Assembly: GCA_037441385.1 (NCBI GenBank)
Contig: JBBISH010000004.1
Location: 1-64,000, forward strand
DNA from: Myxococcales bacterium
GTDB taxonomy: Bacteria; Myxococcota_A; UBA9042
Length of the DNA: 64,000 nucleotides
Reading direction: 5' to 3'
Every line of letters starts with the position of its first letter. Position 1 is the first letter of the stretch. A model generated the notes under the pieces. The model did not search any database. It was not told the origin of the DNA and saw only the letters and a list, made by a program, of their open reading frames with translations. A program made the translations under genes and the position numbers. Of this stretch, positions 20,397 through 29,945 are shown piece by piece.

Positions 20397-22169
20397 CTAG
20401 AAGCTTTTCTCGAGCATGTCGATCTGCTCGGGCATCGAACGCTTGGCGGGCGACGGCTCGTAGGCGCGCTGGGACCGCGGGCTGCGATGGACATAGTCCG
20501 AGGGATAATCCAGTGTATAACCAATACGGAATGTCACTTTACTGCGCGGTGGCAACGTCTCGGTCCAGCGGACCACGCCCTGCCCGTCGGGCTTGGTCTT
20601 GCGCGGCGTCTCGACGTCGTCGACTTCGATCTCCTCGGTTTGCGCGACGGGAATGCGCTCCGACAGCTCGATCGCGACCGGCTGATCGGACAGATTCTCG
20701 GCGGTGACGGCAAAGGCCAGCTTCATTTGGGTGCGCCGACCGCCGCGGTGCAACGAACTGAGCTTCTTGTCCAGCGCGCGCTCGAGCTTGATGCGATCGT
20801 GCACGCCTAAGAACACGCTGAACGCCTCGCCCACCGCGGCAAATTCGACCTGCCCCGATCCGATGAAAGCCCCGTCCGAGAACAGCGCCACATTGCCGGG
20901 CAGGATAGGGGCCTTGCCTTGGTTGATCACCTCGGCGACGCGGACCGCATTCAGCGACACCTCGGGCACCGCGATGATCTTGGTCTTGGCCGCAAATTCA
21001 CCCGCGGCAATGGGCACGCGCACGGGCTTGGCGTCGCTGCGTACCTGACGATCGGCCAAGGCGGCAAAGTGCGCGGTCGTGCCTCGTTGCGTCAACCGCG
21101 CAAAACTCTCGATGGCGCGCTGTTGCACGTCGCGCTGGTGCGCCAGCGAGTCGTCCCAGTGCAAGCGGTTCTTGGCCATGGCCTCGTTTTGCTGGGAATA
21201 GACGGTCTGGGCCCGCGAAAACGACTCGGTCATGCGGCCGACCACATCGCTAAGGCCCGCACCGCCGCGGTCGAGCATGAGCCCGTGCGCCTGCGGCACA
21301 TCCAGCACATCGCCAGGCCTCTGGGTCGAGAAGGTGAGCGCTGCGCCGCTCCAATCCTCGCCCGTGGTCTGCACCACGTTGGCATACTGCAGCACCTCGA
21401 CCTTGCTGGCATCCTTGGACACGCGCAGTTCGCCGGTGGGTTCCCAAGAGGCCCCCGGCGTCAGGTAGGTGAGCCGCATCTGCAGCTTGCCCGAGCCGCC
21501 ATCGATGCGCCGCAGCTCAACGACCACGGTGCTGCTCTGAAGCTGAGCCCGTACCTGCACTTCGGCCAGCTCGGCCTGACGCTGCTCCAGAACGGGCTGC
21601 AGCTCGCGCTTGCGTTTGGCCAGGCTCCGCAGCGCCTTGCGGTCGTTGCGCACCGACTCGGTCACAAAGGCCATGGCATCGCTCAGGCTTTTGACCTTGA
21701 CGTCGCCCACCGCCAGCTCCCGCGGCAGCTTGTCGACCGCGATCGAGCGCAGGGCTTCGAGCCGGGCGATCTCGTCGGTCAAGGTGCGCTCTTCGTCGGT
21801 CAATTCGCCGAGTTCGTCAGCGATTTGCGCCAACGCCTGTTTGGCCGTGCGGACGGCCTCTTCGGGCGACTCGGCGGCAAACGCAGCTTGGGTGCTCACG
21901 TCCAGGATTTGTACGGCGCCGGCGGGTTCCACGGCCACCCGCAACGACTCGACATCGATCCAACCAGGCAAGCGGGTCACAGCCACCCGGCTGGCTTCGG
22001 CACGGGCCTCGATGGTCGCCACTCGGCTCACTTCGGCGCGGTCGGCAAACACGGTCACTGCCCGAATCTTGCTGGGCACTACCTCGGGTTCAACGGCCCG
22101 GCTTGATGTGGGTGCAAAACAGCTGGCGGCAAGGGCTGCCGCGGTCAAGAAAAGTCCAAAGCTTCGCAT
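20397..22169 (-). CDS. MuiA / TIGR02231-like DUF4140-DUF4139 secreted protein
   Basis: IRAVTVFADRAEVSR; long coiled coil; QTTGEDW; ILPG...DG.FIG; signal peptide. Confidence 0.85.
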   Translation of the reverse strand: MRSFGLFLTAAALAASCFAPTSSRAVEPEVVPSKIRAVTVFADRAEVSRVATIEARAEASRVAVTRLPGWIDVESLRVAVEPAGAVQILDVSTQAAFAAESPEEAVRTAKQALAQIADELGELTDEERTLTDEIARLEALRSIAVDKLPRELAVGDVKVKSLSDAMAFVTESVRNDRKALRSLAKRKRELQPVLEQRQAELAEVQVRAQLQSSTVVVELRRIDGGSGKLQMRLTYLTPGASWEPTGELRVSKDASKVEVLQYANVVQTTGEDWSGAALTFSTQRPGDVLDVPQAHGLMLDRGGAGLSDVVGRMTESFSRAQTVYSQQNEAMAKNRLHWDDSLAHQRDVQQRAIESFARLTQRGTTAHFAALADRQVRSDAKPVRVPIAAGEFAAKTKIIAVPEVSLNAVRVAEVINQGKAPILPGNVALFSDGAFIGSGQVEFAAVGEAFSVFLGVHDRIKLERALDKKLSSLHRGGRRTQMKLAFAVTAENLSDQPVAIELSERIPVAQTEEIEVDDVETPRKTKPDGQGVVRWTETLPPRSKVTFRIGYTLDYPSDYVHRSPRSQRAYEPSPAKRSMPEQIDMLEKSF

Positions 22170-22430
22170 GTTGCCTCTCGCTGGGCCGCGGGGCCGGAGT
22201 TCGGGCGAGCGCACGCCAACGCCGAAGGCCGCGACGGCAACCCAAATGGGCGACCGCGCAGGCGATCGGGCAAACAACTAGGCTTGGGAACAGAAGATTC
22301 CCTGAGCGCGCTCTGGGCCCGTGGCGTGCACGGTACGCCGCCAATGGGCTTGGACGCACAGGACAGGGCCCGGATCTATTGGTCGTCCTGGGCGGCCGCA
22401 GCGCGGGTGGTCGGCGCGACGTGCGCGCGG

Positions 22431-23084
22431 TCAGGTCAGCAAGCTCTGGATCATCACGAAGTGGCAGATGGCAGCAGCCACCACCAGCGTATGGAAAATC
22501 TCGTGATAGCCAAAGACCTTGGGCACGGGGTCGGGTCGCTTGAGCGAGTAGATGACCGCGCCCAGGGTGTACAGCACGCCCCCGGCAAATAGCAGCGCCA
22601 GGTCGCGCGTGCTCAGCACCGCCCGCAAGGTCGGCCATTCGCTGACGACCAGCCAGCCCAAGCCCACGTAGAGGAGCGCGCTCAATGGTTTGGGCGCGTG
22701 CACCCAGAGCAGCGACTTGACCACACCGGCGGCCGCTCCCAGCCAGACCAGCCAGAGCAGTCGCCGCCCGGTCTCGCCGCCGATGGCCAGCAGGCACATG
22801 GGCGTGTAGGTGCCAGCGATCTGCAGGTAGATGCCGGCGTGATCCAACCGCCGCATCCGCGCACGCGCCGCCGGCTGCCACGTGGGGCGGTGATAGGCGG
22901 CGCTGATGCCAAAAAGCGCTGTCAGGCAGCCTGTGTACACGCCAATGGCCCAGGTGCGCACGCCCGGTGGCTGCTGCAGCGTCAGAATGGGCGCCGCCAC
23001 CAGGCAAATCAGAAAAGTGACTTGGTGCATCACGCCCCGCAGGGACGGCTTGACGCGGACGGCGGGTGGAGCGGCGGTACTCAT
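22431..23084 (-). CDS. Hemolysin III / PAQR-family membrane protein
   Basis: KPSLRG; SAAYH; RRLDHAGIYLQIAGTYTP; FGYHEIFH. Confidence 0.92.
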   Translation of the reverse strand: MSTAAPPAVRVKPSLRGVMHQVTFLICLVAAPILTLQQPPGVRTWAIGVYTGCLTALFGISAAYHRPTWQPAARARMRRLDHAGIYLQIAGTYTPMCLLAIGGETGRRLLWLVWLGAAAGVVKSLLWVHAPKPLSALLYVGLGWLVVSEWPTLRAVLSTRDLALLFAGGVLYTLGAVIYSLKRPDPVPKVFGYHEIFHTLVVAAAICHFVMIQSLLT

Positions 23085-23252
23085 GGCAACGAGTATGTCT
23101 GGACGGGCAGGGGTGCACAATGTAGCAGCGCCAAAGCCGCGGCAATTGTGCCGTGCTTGCGCTCCAGCGGCCGGCCACCCTTTACCCACCGCCCGGCAAT
23201 GCGCACACTGCCCGCTCGCCGGCGACGCGACCGCCGAGCAGCAGGCCCGCCC

Positions 23253-24626
23253 ATGACCCGCCCCTTGGCCCTTTCTGCCCTCGCTTGCTTGGCTCTCGCC
23301 ACGGCGGCTTGCGCCAACACCGGCACGGCCGCGCAGACCGACGCGAGCGCCGACACCGCCATAGCCGACGCCAAGTCCGGGGTCTGTACGGCCTGCGTCA
23401 TCGACGAAGACTGCCCTGGCGGCCACTGCGCGCGGATCGGCGGCCAGTCGTGGTGCGCGGCACCTTGCCAAACGGCCACGCCCTGCCCGAGCGGCACCAC
23501 CTGCACGGCAGCCCAAGCGACCAACGGTGGCCCCTTGCAGGTCTGCGTGCCCAATCCGTGCAACGCGCCGGCCGCCAGCACCGAAACCGGCGTTTGCCCA
23601 GGCTATTCGCCGCCCACCACCGCCGATTGCTGCCACTGCACGGGCAAGAACTGCACGCCCAACGGCTGCTATGGTGGCTGGTATTGCCAGACCCAAGGCT
23701 GCCAGTGCCGGCCGCCCAGCGACGCAGAAAGTTGCAGCCCCACACCCGGCACCGAAGCCCTGGGCGATTTGGTCATCAACCCGAGCGGCGGCGATGTGGA
23801 CGGCGGTACCCTGGACACGTTGAGCTTTGCCATCGTCGGCGACACGCGGCCGCCCTTCAAAGACGCGACCGACACCTACCCCACCCCGATCATCACCGCG
23901 ATTTGGCAGCAAGTCGCGGCCAGCAAACCCGCCTTGCCCCTGGCTGTCACGACCGGCGATTACGTCTTTGCCAGCACCAGCGGCGTGCAGGGCGCCAAGC
24001 AGCTCGATCTGTACCTGCAAGCGCAGAAGGCCTTTGGCGGTCCCGTGTTGCATGCCATGGGCAATCACGAGTGCACGGGCTATACCGCTTCGAACTGCGG
24101 CGAGGGCCTGAGCGACGGCGTCACGGGCCTGTACGTGGCCTATCTGGACAAGATGGTCAAGCAGCCGCTGGGCCTCAAGCGCCCGTTCTTCTCGTATTGG
24201 GTGCACGGCAAGACCGGCACCTGGACCGCCAAGTTCGTGGTGGTCGCGCCCAACGCTTGGACCAAGCAGCAGGCCGCCTGGCTAGAGGCCGAGCTGAGCA
24301 AGCCCACCACCTATACCTTTGTGCTCCGCCACGAGCCGAGCTACTCGACCACCGCGCCGGGGCTGCTGCCCAGCCAGGCCATCGTGGGCAAGCACCCGCT
24401 GACCATGCTGCTGACCGGCCACTCGCACACCTACAGCCGCGACCTGTACAAGCGCGAGTTGGTGGTGGGCAATGGCGGCGCTCCGCTGACCTCTGAAGTG
24501 CCCTACGGCTACGTGAGCGTGCGGCAACAGGCCAATGGTAATCTCAAGTTCGACGCCATCGACTACCAGAAGGGCGCCGCCTTCGACACGTTCACCGTCG
24601 ACGCGGCCGGTCAGGTGGTCAAGTAG
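23253..24626 (+). CDS. Lipoprotein with Cys-rich N-terminus and calcineurin-like metallophosphoesterase domain
   Basis: Lipobox TAAC; motifs GDTR, TGDY, MGNHE, RHEP, TGHSH. Confidence 0.88.
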   Translation: MTRPLALSALACLALATAACANTGTAAQTDASADTAIADAKSGVCTACVIDEDCPGGHCARIGGQSWCAAPCQTATPCPSGTTCTAAQATNGGPLQVCVPNPCNAPAASTETGVCPGYSPPTTADCCHCTGKNCTPNGCYGGWYCQTQGCQCRPPSDAESCSPTPGTEALGDLVINPSGGDVDGGTLDTLSFAIVGDTRPPFKDATDTYPTPIITAIWQQVAASKPALPLAVTTGDYVFASTSGVQGAKQLDLYLQAQKAFGGPVLHAMGNHECTGYTASNCGEGLSDGVTGLYVAYLDKMVKQPLGLKRPFFSYWVHGKTGTWTAKFVVVAPNAWTKQQAAWLEAELSKPTTYTFVLRHEPSYSTTAPGLLPSQAIVGKHPLTMLLTGHSHTYSRDLYKRELVVGNGGAPLTSEVPYGYVSVRQQANGNLKFDAIDYQKGAAFDTFTVDAAGQVVK

Positions 24627-24699
24627 GCGCCGCGGCGGGGCTCGAACCGCAGCCCACGGCGTGTCGCGGGTCGGCCAGGCAACGCTGTCGCCGGAGCCG

Positions 24700-25103
24700 A
24701 TGCGGCAAGAACACCAATCATACGCACCCCACCTGATTCGCGCCTGTACAGCTTTTCTGACCCGTTCTGCAACCGGCGAGAATCAGGCGGGGACCCCGGT
24801 TCGGGCCCGAAGAATTGCCGAAGTTTTCGAGCCGATTTGGACGGAAACCGTATCAGTGGGTCGCAAGCGGGCCCACCAGCGCCCTGCACTGGCGCGACCC
24901 GCCGCGACGTTTGCCCCCAGGACGGGGTGTCTGATCGGTGCCCCAGCGAGCGGATCAATTTGAGTTGTTCGCCGCGCCGCACCCGCCGCAATTGGAGCGG
25001 CGAGTCCCCAACGGGGCGAGCTTGCGACCCACCTGGCAGCGAGAGACCTGACCAGAGCATCCAAGTACTGAACGAGTGTGCAGTAATTGGTCAGGTCTCT
25101 AGG
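24700..25103. repeat. Composite intergenic repeat cluster: module A (24700-24855), REPIN/MITE-like unit (24856-25032), hairpin module C (25040-25103)
   Basis: Perfect 13-bp inverted repeat GTGGGTCGCAAGC / GCTTGCGACCCAC. Stems CCCCACCTGATTC / GAATCAGGCGGGG and AGAGACCTGACCA / TGGTCAGGTCTCT. Homologous copies occur elsewhere in the window. Confidence 0.85.
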
Positions 25104-25112
25104 CGCAAGGAC

Positions 25113-26981
25113 CTACCGGCAGCACACGGCGCAAGCGCGCGGACTCTCAAAGTTGTCGGTCTGGTAGGCGGCCCACGTGGCGCCGATGCCGCCGTTGCCC
25201 GAGCAATTGGTGAGCGCGGTCTTGTCCATGCACATGGTGGCGCCCTGCTGGCCCCACGACTGCCATTCCAGGGCCGAGGTGATGTAGCCGTCGACCATGA
25301 GGGTCCAGCCGCTGGGGCAGGCGTTGCTGCCGAACTTGGTGAAGCACTGGCCGGCCGGGCGCCCAGGGCCCTGGTCGGGTGCGCACACGGCGCACGGCAT
25401 GGCGCTGTTCTGGTAGTGCGAGCAAGTGTGACGATAGCTCCACTCCACGCCGGTCCCTTGGTCGTTGGCCAAGCCGCCTTCCAGGCAGATCACGTCGTTG
25501 GCGCGGCCCCAGGTCTGCCGCTCGACCATCAGGGCCGAAGCACCGGTCGACACTGCCGACCAGCCCGTGCCGCAAGTGCTGCCGCCCCAGTGGATGTAGG
25601 TCTGGCCGCCGGTGAACTGGGCGGGGGTGTAGCCGTTCAGGGTGCCGTCGACGATCAGGTTGCCCTTGACCTGGATCTTCTTGCTCGACAGCGTCTGGAT
25701 GTTGACTGACCAGGTGAAGGTGCCGTCGAAGCCGCCCGAACCGCCGCCGGCCTTGACATCCTTGACGGTGATCGACCACGCGCCTTTGATGTTCTTGCCC
25801 ACCCAATCGCCGTTCATGTCGCCCGAGACGAGCGGCGTGTCCGTGTTGAAGTTGGTGACGAGCGAAGTGCCGGTCTTGCCGCCGTTGAACAGCACATAGG
25901 CGTTGGCCACGCCGGGGGCGTACAGCTCGACTTTGACCCCGGTGAGGTCCGAGTTGGCAATGTTCATGTTGATCCAGATCTTCTGGGCCAAACCGATGTC
26001 TGGGAAGGTCAGCGTGTCGGTCACGCCCGCGCCCAAGCCGTCGGGAATCTTGATGGTGCCGGTGCCCGCCTGCGAGTCGACAAACTGGTTGTTGATCAGG
26101 CCGTTGCTGACCTCGTCGATCCCATCGGCGGGCATATCGCCTTCGACCAGGTCCTGACACGCCAGCGAGCCGTCCGCGTTGTAGCCCTTCATGTACAGGC
26201 CGGTGCCGCACAGCTTGCCCACAGTGGGGATGCCGGGCTTGTTCGCCAAGTCGGCGTAGTCGCCCGTGGTCGCCACCTTGGCCAAGACGGGCTTGTTGGC
26301 CAGATCGGCATAGTCGCCACTGCCCGCGACCTTGGCCAGCGAGGCTGCCTTGACGTAGGCCGAAAGGTCCGTGGTTTTCGCGTAGGCCCCCAGATCAGAG
26401 GTCTTGGCGTAGGCGGCAAGGTCCGCGATCTTGGCGTAGGCGGCCAGGTCGGTGGCCTTGGCGTAGGCCGTCAGGTCGGTCGCCTTGGCGTAGGCCGCCA
26501 AATCCGTGGTCTTGGCATAGGGTTGCAGCACTGCGGCGTCGAGCGCATCGGCCTTGACACAGCCCGAGCACTCCAACGCTTCGGCCACCGCGGCGCGCAG
26601 GGCAAAGAAGGTGGCACCGGCCGGACGGCGCGGCAATTCCGGGTCCGTGGCCACTTGCACGCCGATCCACGCGTTCTGCAGGCTCAGGGCCGCTGGCGAC
26701 AACGGCGTCTTGCTGCCCAACATAATCGAGAATTCGCCGCTTTTGGCCGTGACCGCCAACGGACCTTCCGTCCAGACTGGGCTGCCGCCCACCTCGCTGG
26801 AGTAGATCGACACCGTCATGGCGTACGTCCCATCCGCCGCAGGCCCCCCGCCAGCGGAATAGAGCAGGCCTTCGATCGGCGTGGAAAGGGGCACGGCCGC
26901 CTGGGCCGGGGCCGCGGCGAGCGCGGCTCCCCCAGCCAACGCAAGCGCCGCCAGCCAGTTCGACATCCCGTGTACGCGCAT
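25113..26981 (-). CDS. Secreted fibre-like protein, paralog 1 (shaft repeats, proprotein-convertase P-like domain, C-terminal collagen-IV NC1-like double repeat)
   Basis: Signal peptide AQA; 7 nine-residue DLxAYAKxx units; LAKVAxxGDYADLANKP x2; P-domain-like KGAWSITVKD; C-terminal CAVC x2. GGAGG Shine-Dalgarno. Confidence 0.8.
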   Translation of the reverse strand: MRVHGMSNWLAALALAGGAALAAAPAQAAVPLSTPIEGLLYSAGGGPAADGTYAMTVSIYSSEVGGSPVWTEGPLAVTAKSGEFSIMLGSKTPLSPAALSLQNAWIGVQVATDPELPRRPAGATFFALRAAVAEALECSGCVKADALDAAVLQPYAKTTDLAAYAKATDLTAYAKATDLAAYAKIADLAAYAKTSDLGAYAKTTDLSAYVKAASLAKVAGSGDYADLANKPVLAKVATTGDYADLANKPGIPTVGKLCGTGLYMKGYNADGSLACQDLVEGDMPADGIDEVSNGLINNQFVDSQAGTGTIKIPDGLGAGVTDTLTFPDIGLAQKIWINMNIANSDLTGVKVELYAPGVANAYVLFNGGKTGTSLVTNFNTDTPLVSGDMNGDWVGKNIKGAWSITVKDVKAGGGSGGFDGTFTWSVNIQTLSSKKIQVKGNLIVDGTLNGYTPAQFTGGQTYIHWGGSTCGTGWSAVSTGASALMVERQTWGRANDVICLEGGLANDQGTGVEWSYRHTCSHYQNSAMPCAVCAPDQGPGRPAGQCFTKFGSNACPSGWTLMVDGYITSALEWQSWGQQGATMCMDKTALTNCSGNGGIGATWAAYQTDNFESPRACAVCCR

Positions 26982-27123
26982 GGTTCCTCCCAGATTTTAC
27001 TGCGAATCGGCGCCGCGGAATGCGCAGCCAAGGCAAGTGCGGCCAGCCCAGCATGCTCAGACTAGTGACGGCGATCGCGGCCGTCAATTTTCTTCGGATC
27101 GGCAGTGCTTTGGTGCAACTAGA

Positions 27124-27279
27124 GCACCGATCAGAAACCCAGTCCTGGGGGCAAACGTCGCGGCGGGTCGCGCCAGTGCAGCGCTCTGGGGGGCCCGCTT
27201 GCGACCCACGTGGGGCCAGCGACGCGACCGGCAGAACGATTTGCTGAACAAATGTCCAGTAATTGGTCGAGTCTCTAGG
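27124..27279. repeat. Inverted copy of module B (27124-27209) followed by a copy of module C
   Basis: The reverse complement of 27124-27209 matches 24856-24941 with only a handful of mismatches. CTGAAC..TGT.CAGTAATTGGTC..GTCTCTAGG matches 25068-25103. Confidence 0.88.
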
Positions 27280-27280
27280 G

Positions 27281-28153
27281 CTACGGCACAAACGGCGCGG
27301 TCCGCGCTGCGAGCTCGCTGGGCAAACCCGCCGCCACCCGCCGCTTGGCCTGCCAGGCTGGATAGATCTGGCTGATATGATAGGGGACGAACGTGCCCTC
27401 GAAGTCGCCCAGTTGCTGTGCCAGCACTGCCAAGTGGCTGTGCCCCTTGCCCTCTGCGTCGCACGGAGTCCGCAGACCATCCAGGAAGGTGGCTTCGTGC
27501 ATCAGGACCTCGGCCTTGCGGACCTCGGGCACCCGATCCCATAGCGTCGGCCGAGTGTCGCCCGTGATCGCCAGCAGTACCCGTTCCGAGGGCTCGGCGA
27601 CCTCGACTCCGGTCTGGGCCAGCGCGGCGATCTCAGTTTCGGGGCGATCGGCCAGGTCGGGGCGCAAGACTCGCGAGCGGGCGACCACCGCATAACCCCT
27701 TGTAGGCACGACGTGATCGGCATCAAAGGCCCGCAAAATGCGACCACCGCCCAAGTCGAACTCGTCGCCGGCGCGCACGGGCTGCAGGTGCCAGTCAAAC
27801 GCTCGCCCGTGTAGGCCTTCCCAAACGCGGACCAGCGCCATCAGCTCATCGCACGCTTCGGCAGGCGCGAGCACGCGTGCCGCCGGCAGGTGGTACATTC
27901 GCCGCAGCGCCAAAAAGCTGGGCAGCCCGCCGGCGTGGTCCATGTGGGCGTGGGTAATGGCCAAGGTCTTGCAGTGCACCATCGGTGCGGCGGCCCGCCC
28001 CACGTCAAAGCCGAGTGACCACTCGGGGATGCGGACCCAAGTCTCTACGCCCGCGACCGAAGCGCCCTCGATCGTCACGCCGATCGACTTGAGCGGCAGG
28101 CGGGCCAGTGCCAGCGCGTGAATTTCGGGTCGGTCGGCGTGCGGGCTGCCCAT
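27281..28153 (-). CDS. MBL-fold metallo-hydrolase, RNase Z-like phosphodiesterase
   Basis: GASVAGVET; THAHMDH; HVVP.RGY; TGDT; HEAT; GHSH; HISQIY. Confidence 0.85.
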   Translation of the reverse strand: MGSPHADRPEIHALALARLPLKSIGVTIEGASVAGVETWVRIPEWSLGFDVGRAAAPMVHCKTLAITHAHMDHAGGLPSFLALRRMYHLPAARVLAPAEACDELMALVRVWEGLHGRAFDWHLQPVRAGDEFDLGGGRILRAFDADHVVPTRGYAVVARSRVLRPDLADRPETEIAALAQTGVEVAEPSERVLLAITGDTRPTLWDRVPEVRKAEVLMHEATFLDGLRTPCDAEGKGHSHLAVLAQQLGDFEGTFVPYHISQIYPAWQAKRRVAAGLPSELAARTAPFVP

Positions 28154-28193
28154 GGTCGCCCTACCTGACTGGTGAGAAAGCTAGTTGCAATCC

Positions 28194-28913
28194 TTAGTTG
28201 CGCAGTCGATCTGGACGACGCGCAGCCTGCAAGGGACGTTCGGCCACCTCGACCACGGCCTCGGCGAACGCGGCCGCCGCCGCCTCGACCTCGGGCAGAC
28301 TGCCGGTCAAGTAGGCGCCGCCAAAGTTGGTCTCGGTCGGCGGCCCAAAGAACTGGCACAGGCGCACGTCGGCCGCCTTTAGGGCAGCGTCCAGGGCCAC
28401 CATCGCCTCGACCGGCGGCGCAATCAGGTAGGCGAGCGGCTCGCCACGGGAAATCCCGGCCAGACGGCTGAGGTAGCGCCCTGTCTCTGGGATGACGTGG
28501 GGAAAAAACGATACCGGCTGTGCGGCCTTGCCAGGCTTGTAGAAACAAGCGTGGCGGAGCAGGTAGTCGCGCAGCGCGCCCAGCCCTTCGGCCACTTCGT
28601 CGGGATCGGGACCGGCCAACACGCCCAGGATCTCGCCCGACAGCGGCCCCGACGAGTTGCCCGAGCCGGCGTAGAAGCTCCGCGCGTAGATCACTTCCAC
28701 ATCCGCAAACTTGGTCGCGTGATCCAAGGCGGCGTAGGTCGAATCATCTTGGTCCGCGGTCACCAATCCCAGCGACGCGTGACGGTCGCCCGCGCCCAGC
28801 TTGGCCGCCAAGGCTGGGTTGGCATTGGGAATCAGCCGGCAACTGAGCAGGGTCGGCAGGATGGGCGTCAGCCCCTGCGGCAACCACGCCGGTTCGATGC
28901 GGGAACTGTCCAT
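28194..28913 (-). CDS. eutL: Ethanolamine utilization microcompartment shell protein EutL (BMC-T)
   Basis: SLGLVTADQDD; YARSFYAG; GE; YLIAPP.EA..ALDAALKAADV; PPTETNFGG. Confidence 0.92.
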   Translation of the reverse strand: MDSSRIEPAWLPQGLTPILPTLLSCRLIPNANPALAAKLGAGDRHASLGLVTADQDDSTYAALDHATKFADVEVIYARSFYAGSGNSSGPLSGEILGVLAGPDPDEVAEGLGALRDYLLRHACFYKPGKAAQPVSFFPHVIPETGRYLSRLAGISRGEPLAYLIAPPVEAMVALDAALKAADVRLCQFFGPPTETNFGGAYLTGSLPEVEAAAAAFAEAVVEVAERPLQAARRPDRLRN

Positions 28914-28925
28914 GGCGACTCCTGC

Positions 28926-29885
28926 CTACCAGGTCCGCTGCGGGGCAGCCACGGCCAAGCCGCCCTGCCCCAACTCGCGCGCCTTCTTCAGAATCTCGGC
29001 CGCTTGCCGCGCCGCTTCGTCGACCGAGAGGCCCAGCGGCCGCACGTTGCTGATGCAGTTCTTCTCGGCATTGTCTTGGCCGATCTTGGGATTGTAGGCC
29101 AGGTACAGCGACAGCGAGTCGCCGGTGCCGAGCCCGGGCCTCTCGCCCAAGCCGATGACGGTGGCCTTGGCGCCCAGCTCCACGCCGATCTGGTCGGCGA
29201 CGGCAATGCGCGCGCGATGCACGTAGATGGGCCGGCCGGTGCTGAAACCCACCCGGGCCATTTCGCGCTGCAGGGCGGCGACCAGGCCGGGGTTGCGCTC
29301 GGCGGCCCAGGCGCTCAGGCCGTCGGCCAGGATGATCTGCACGTCCACGCCACGGGTGCCCTCTGTGCGGAGCCGCCCGAGCGAGGCGGCATCGAGGGTA
29401 CGCCCCAGGTTGGGTTGCAGCAAAAACGTCTCAAGATCGGCGGCTTGCGAATGGAGTTCGACGGCACCCAGCTGACTGACAAAGCCCTTGGTCGGGACAC
29501 TGGCCACCGCCTCTTTGGCCGTGCCGTGGTCGGCGCGCAGCGCCAAATAAGTCTTGGTGGGGTAGCGGAGGCCAGCACGGCCCACGCCGATCCGCGAAGG
29601 AGTCGCTTTGGTCAAGCGCGGCAGGGCGGCGCTGTCGGCCAGGCGATCCAAACCGGGCAGCGGTCGCCCGGGTGGCTGCGGCGCCTGAGCCCAAAGCTCG
29701 TGCGCGGCGTCGACGATCATCTGCTCGAGTGCGCGCGGTCGTATCGGCTCGTCATTGGCGTGGGGCGCCGTGGGAGAAACCGCGGAAAGCGCTGGATCTT
29801 CAAGCACCTGCCGCACGATCGCCGCAATCAGCCCGTGCAGTTCTTGGTCGGGCCCGCCCTGTTCCGTGGTCGGCTTGTGCGCCAT
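28926..29885 (-). CDS. eutC: Ethanolamine ammonia-lyase light chain with a predicted encapsulation peptide
   Basis: TPSRIGVGRAG; RADHG.AKEAV; PNLGR; DVQIILADGLS; GERPGL; CISN. Confidence 0.93.
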   Translation of the reverse strand: MAHKPTTEQGGPDQELHGLIAAIVRQVLEDPALSAVSPTAPHANDEPIRPRALEQMIVDAAHELWAQAPQPPGRPLPGLDRLADSAALPRLTKATPSRIGVGRAGLRYPTKTYLALRADHGTAKEAVASVPTKGFVSQLGAVELHSQAADLETFLLQPNLGRTLDAASLGRLRTEGTRGVDVQIILADGLSAWAAERNPGLVAALQREMARVGFSTGRPIYVHRARIAVADQIGVELGAKATVIGLGERPGLGTGDSLSLYLAYNPKIGQDNAEKNCISNVRPLGLSVDEAARQAAEILKKARELGQGGLAVAAPQRTW

Positions 29886-29945
29886 GATCGCCTTGCCCGC
29901 CGGCAGCTTGCCGGGCGCTCAGTGTGCCGCTGGGCCCAGCTAGGG

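Noticed and set aside
22431..24206. 591-aa ORF taken as a hemolysin III fusion
   Set aside because: The N-terminal extension overlaps the plus-strand metallophosphoesterase gene; the real start is about 23084.
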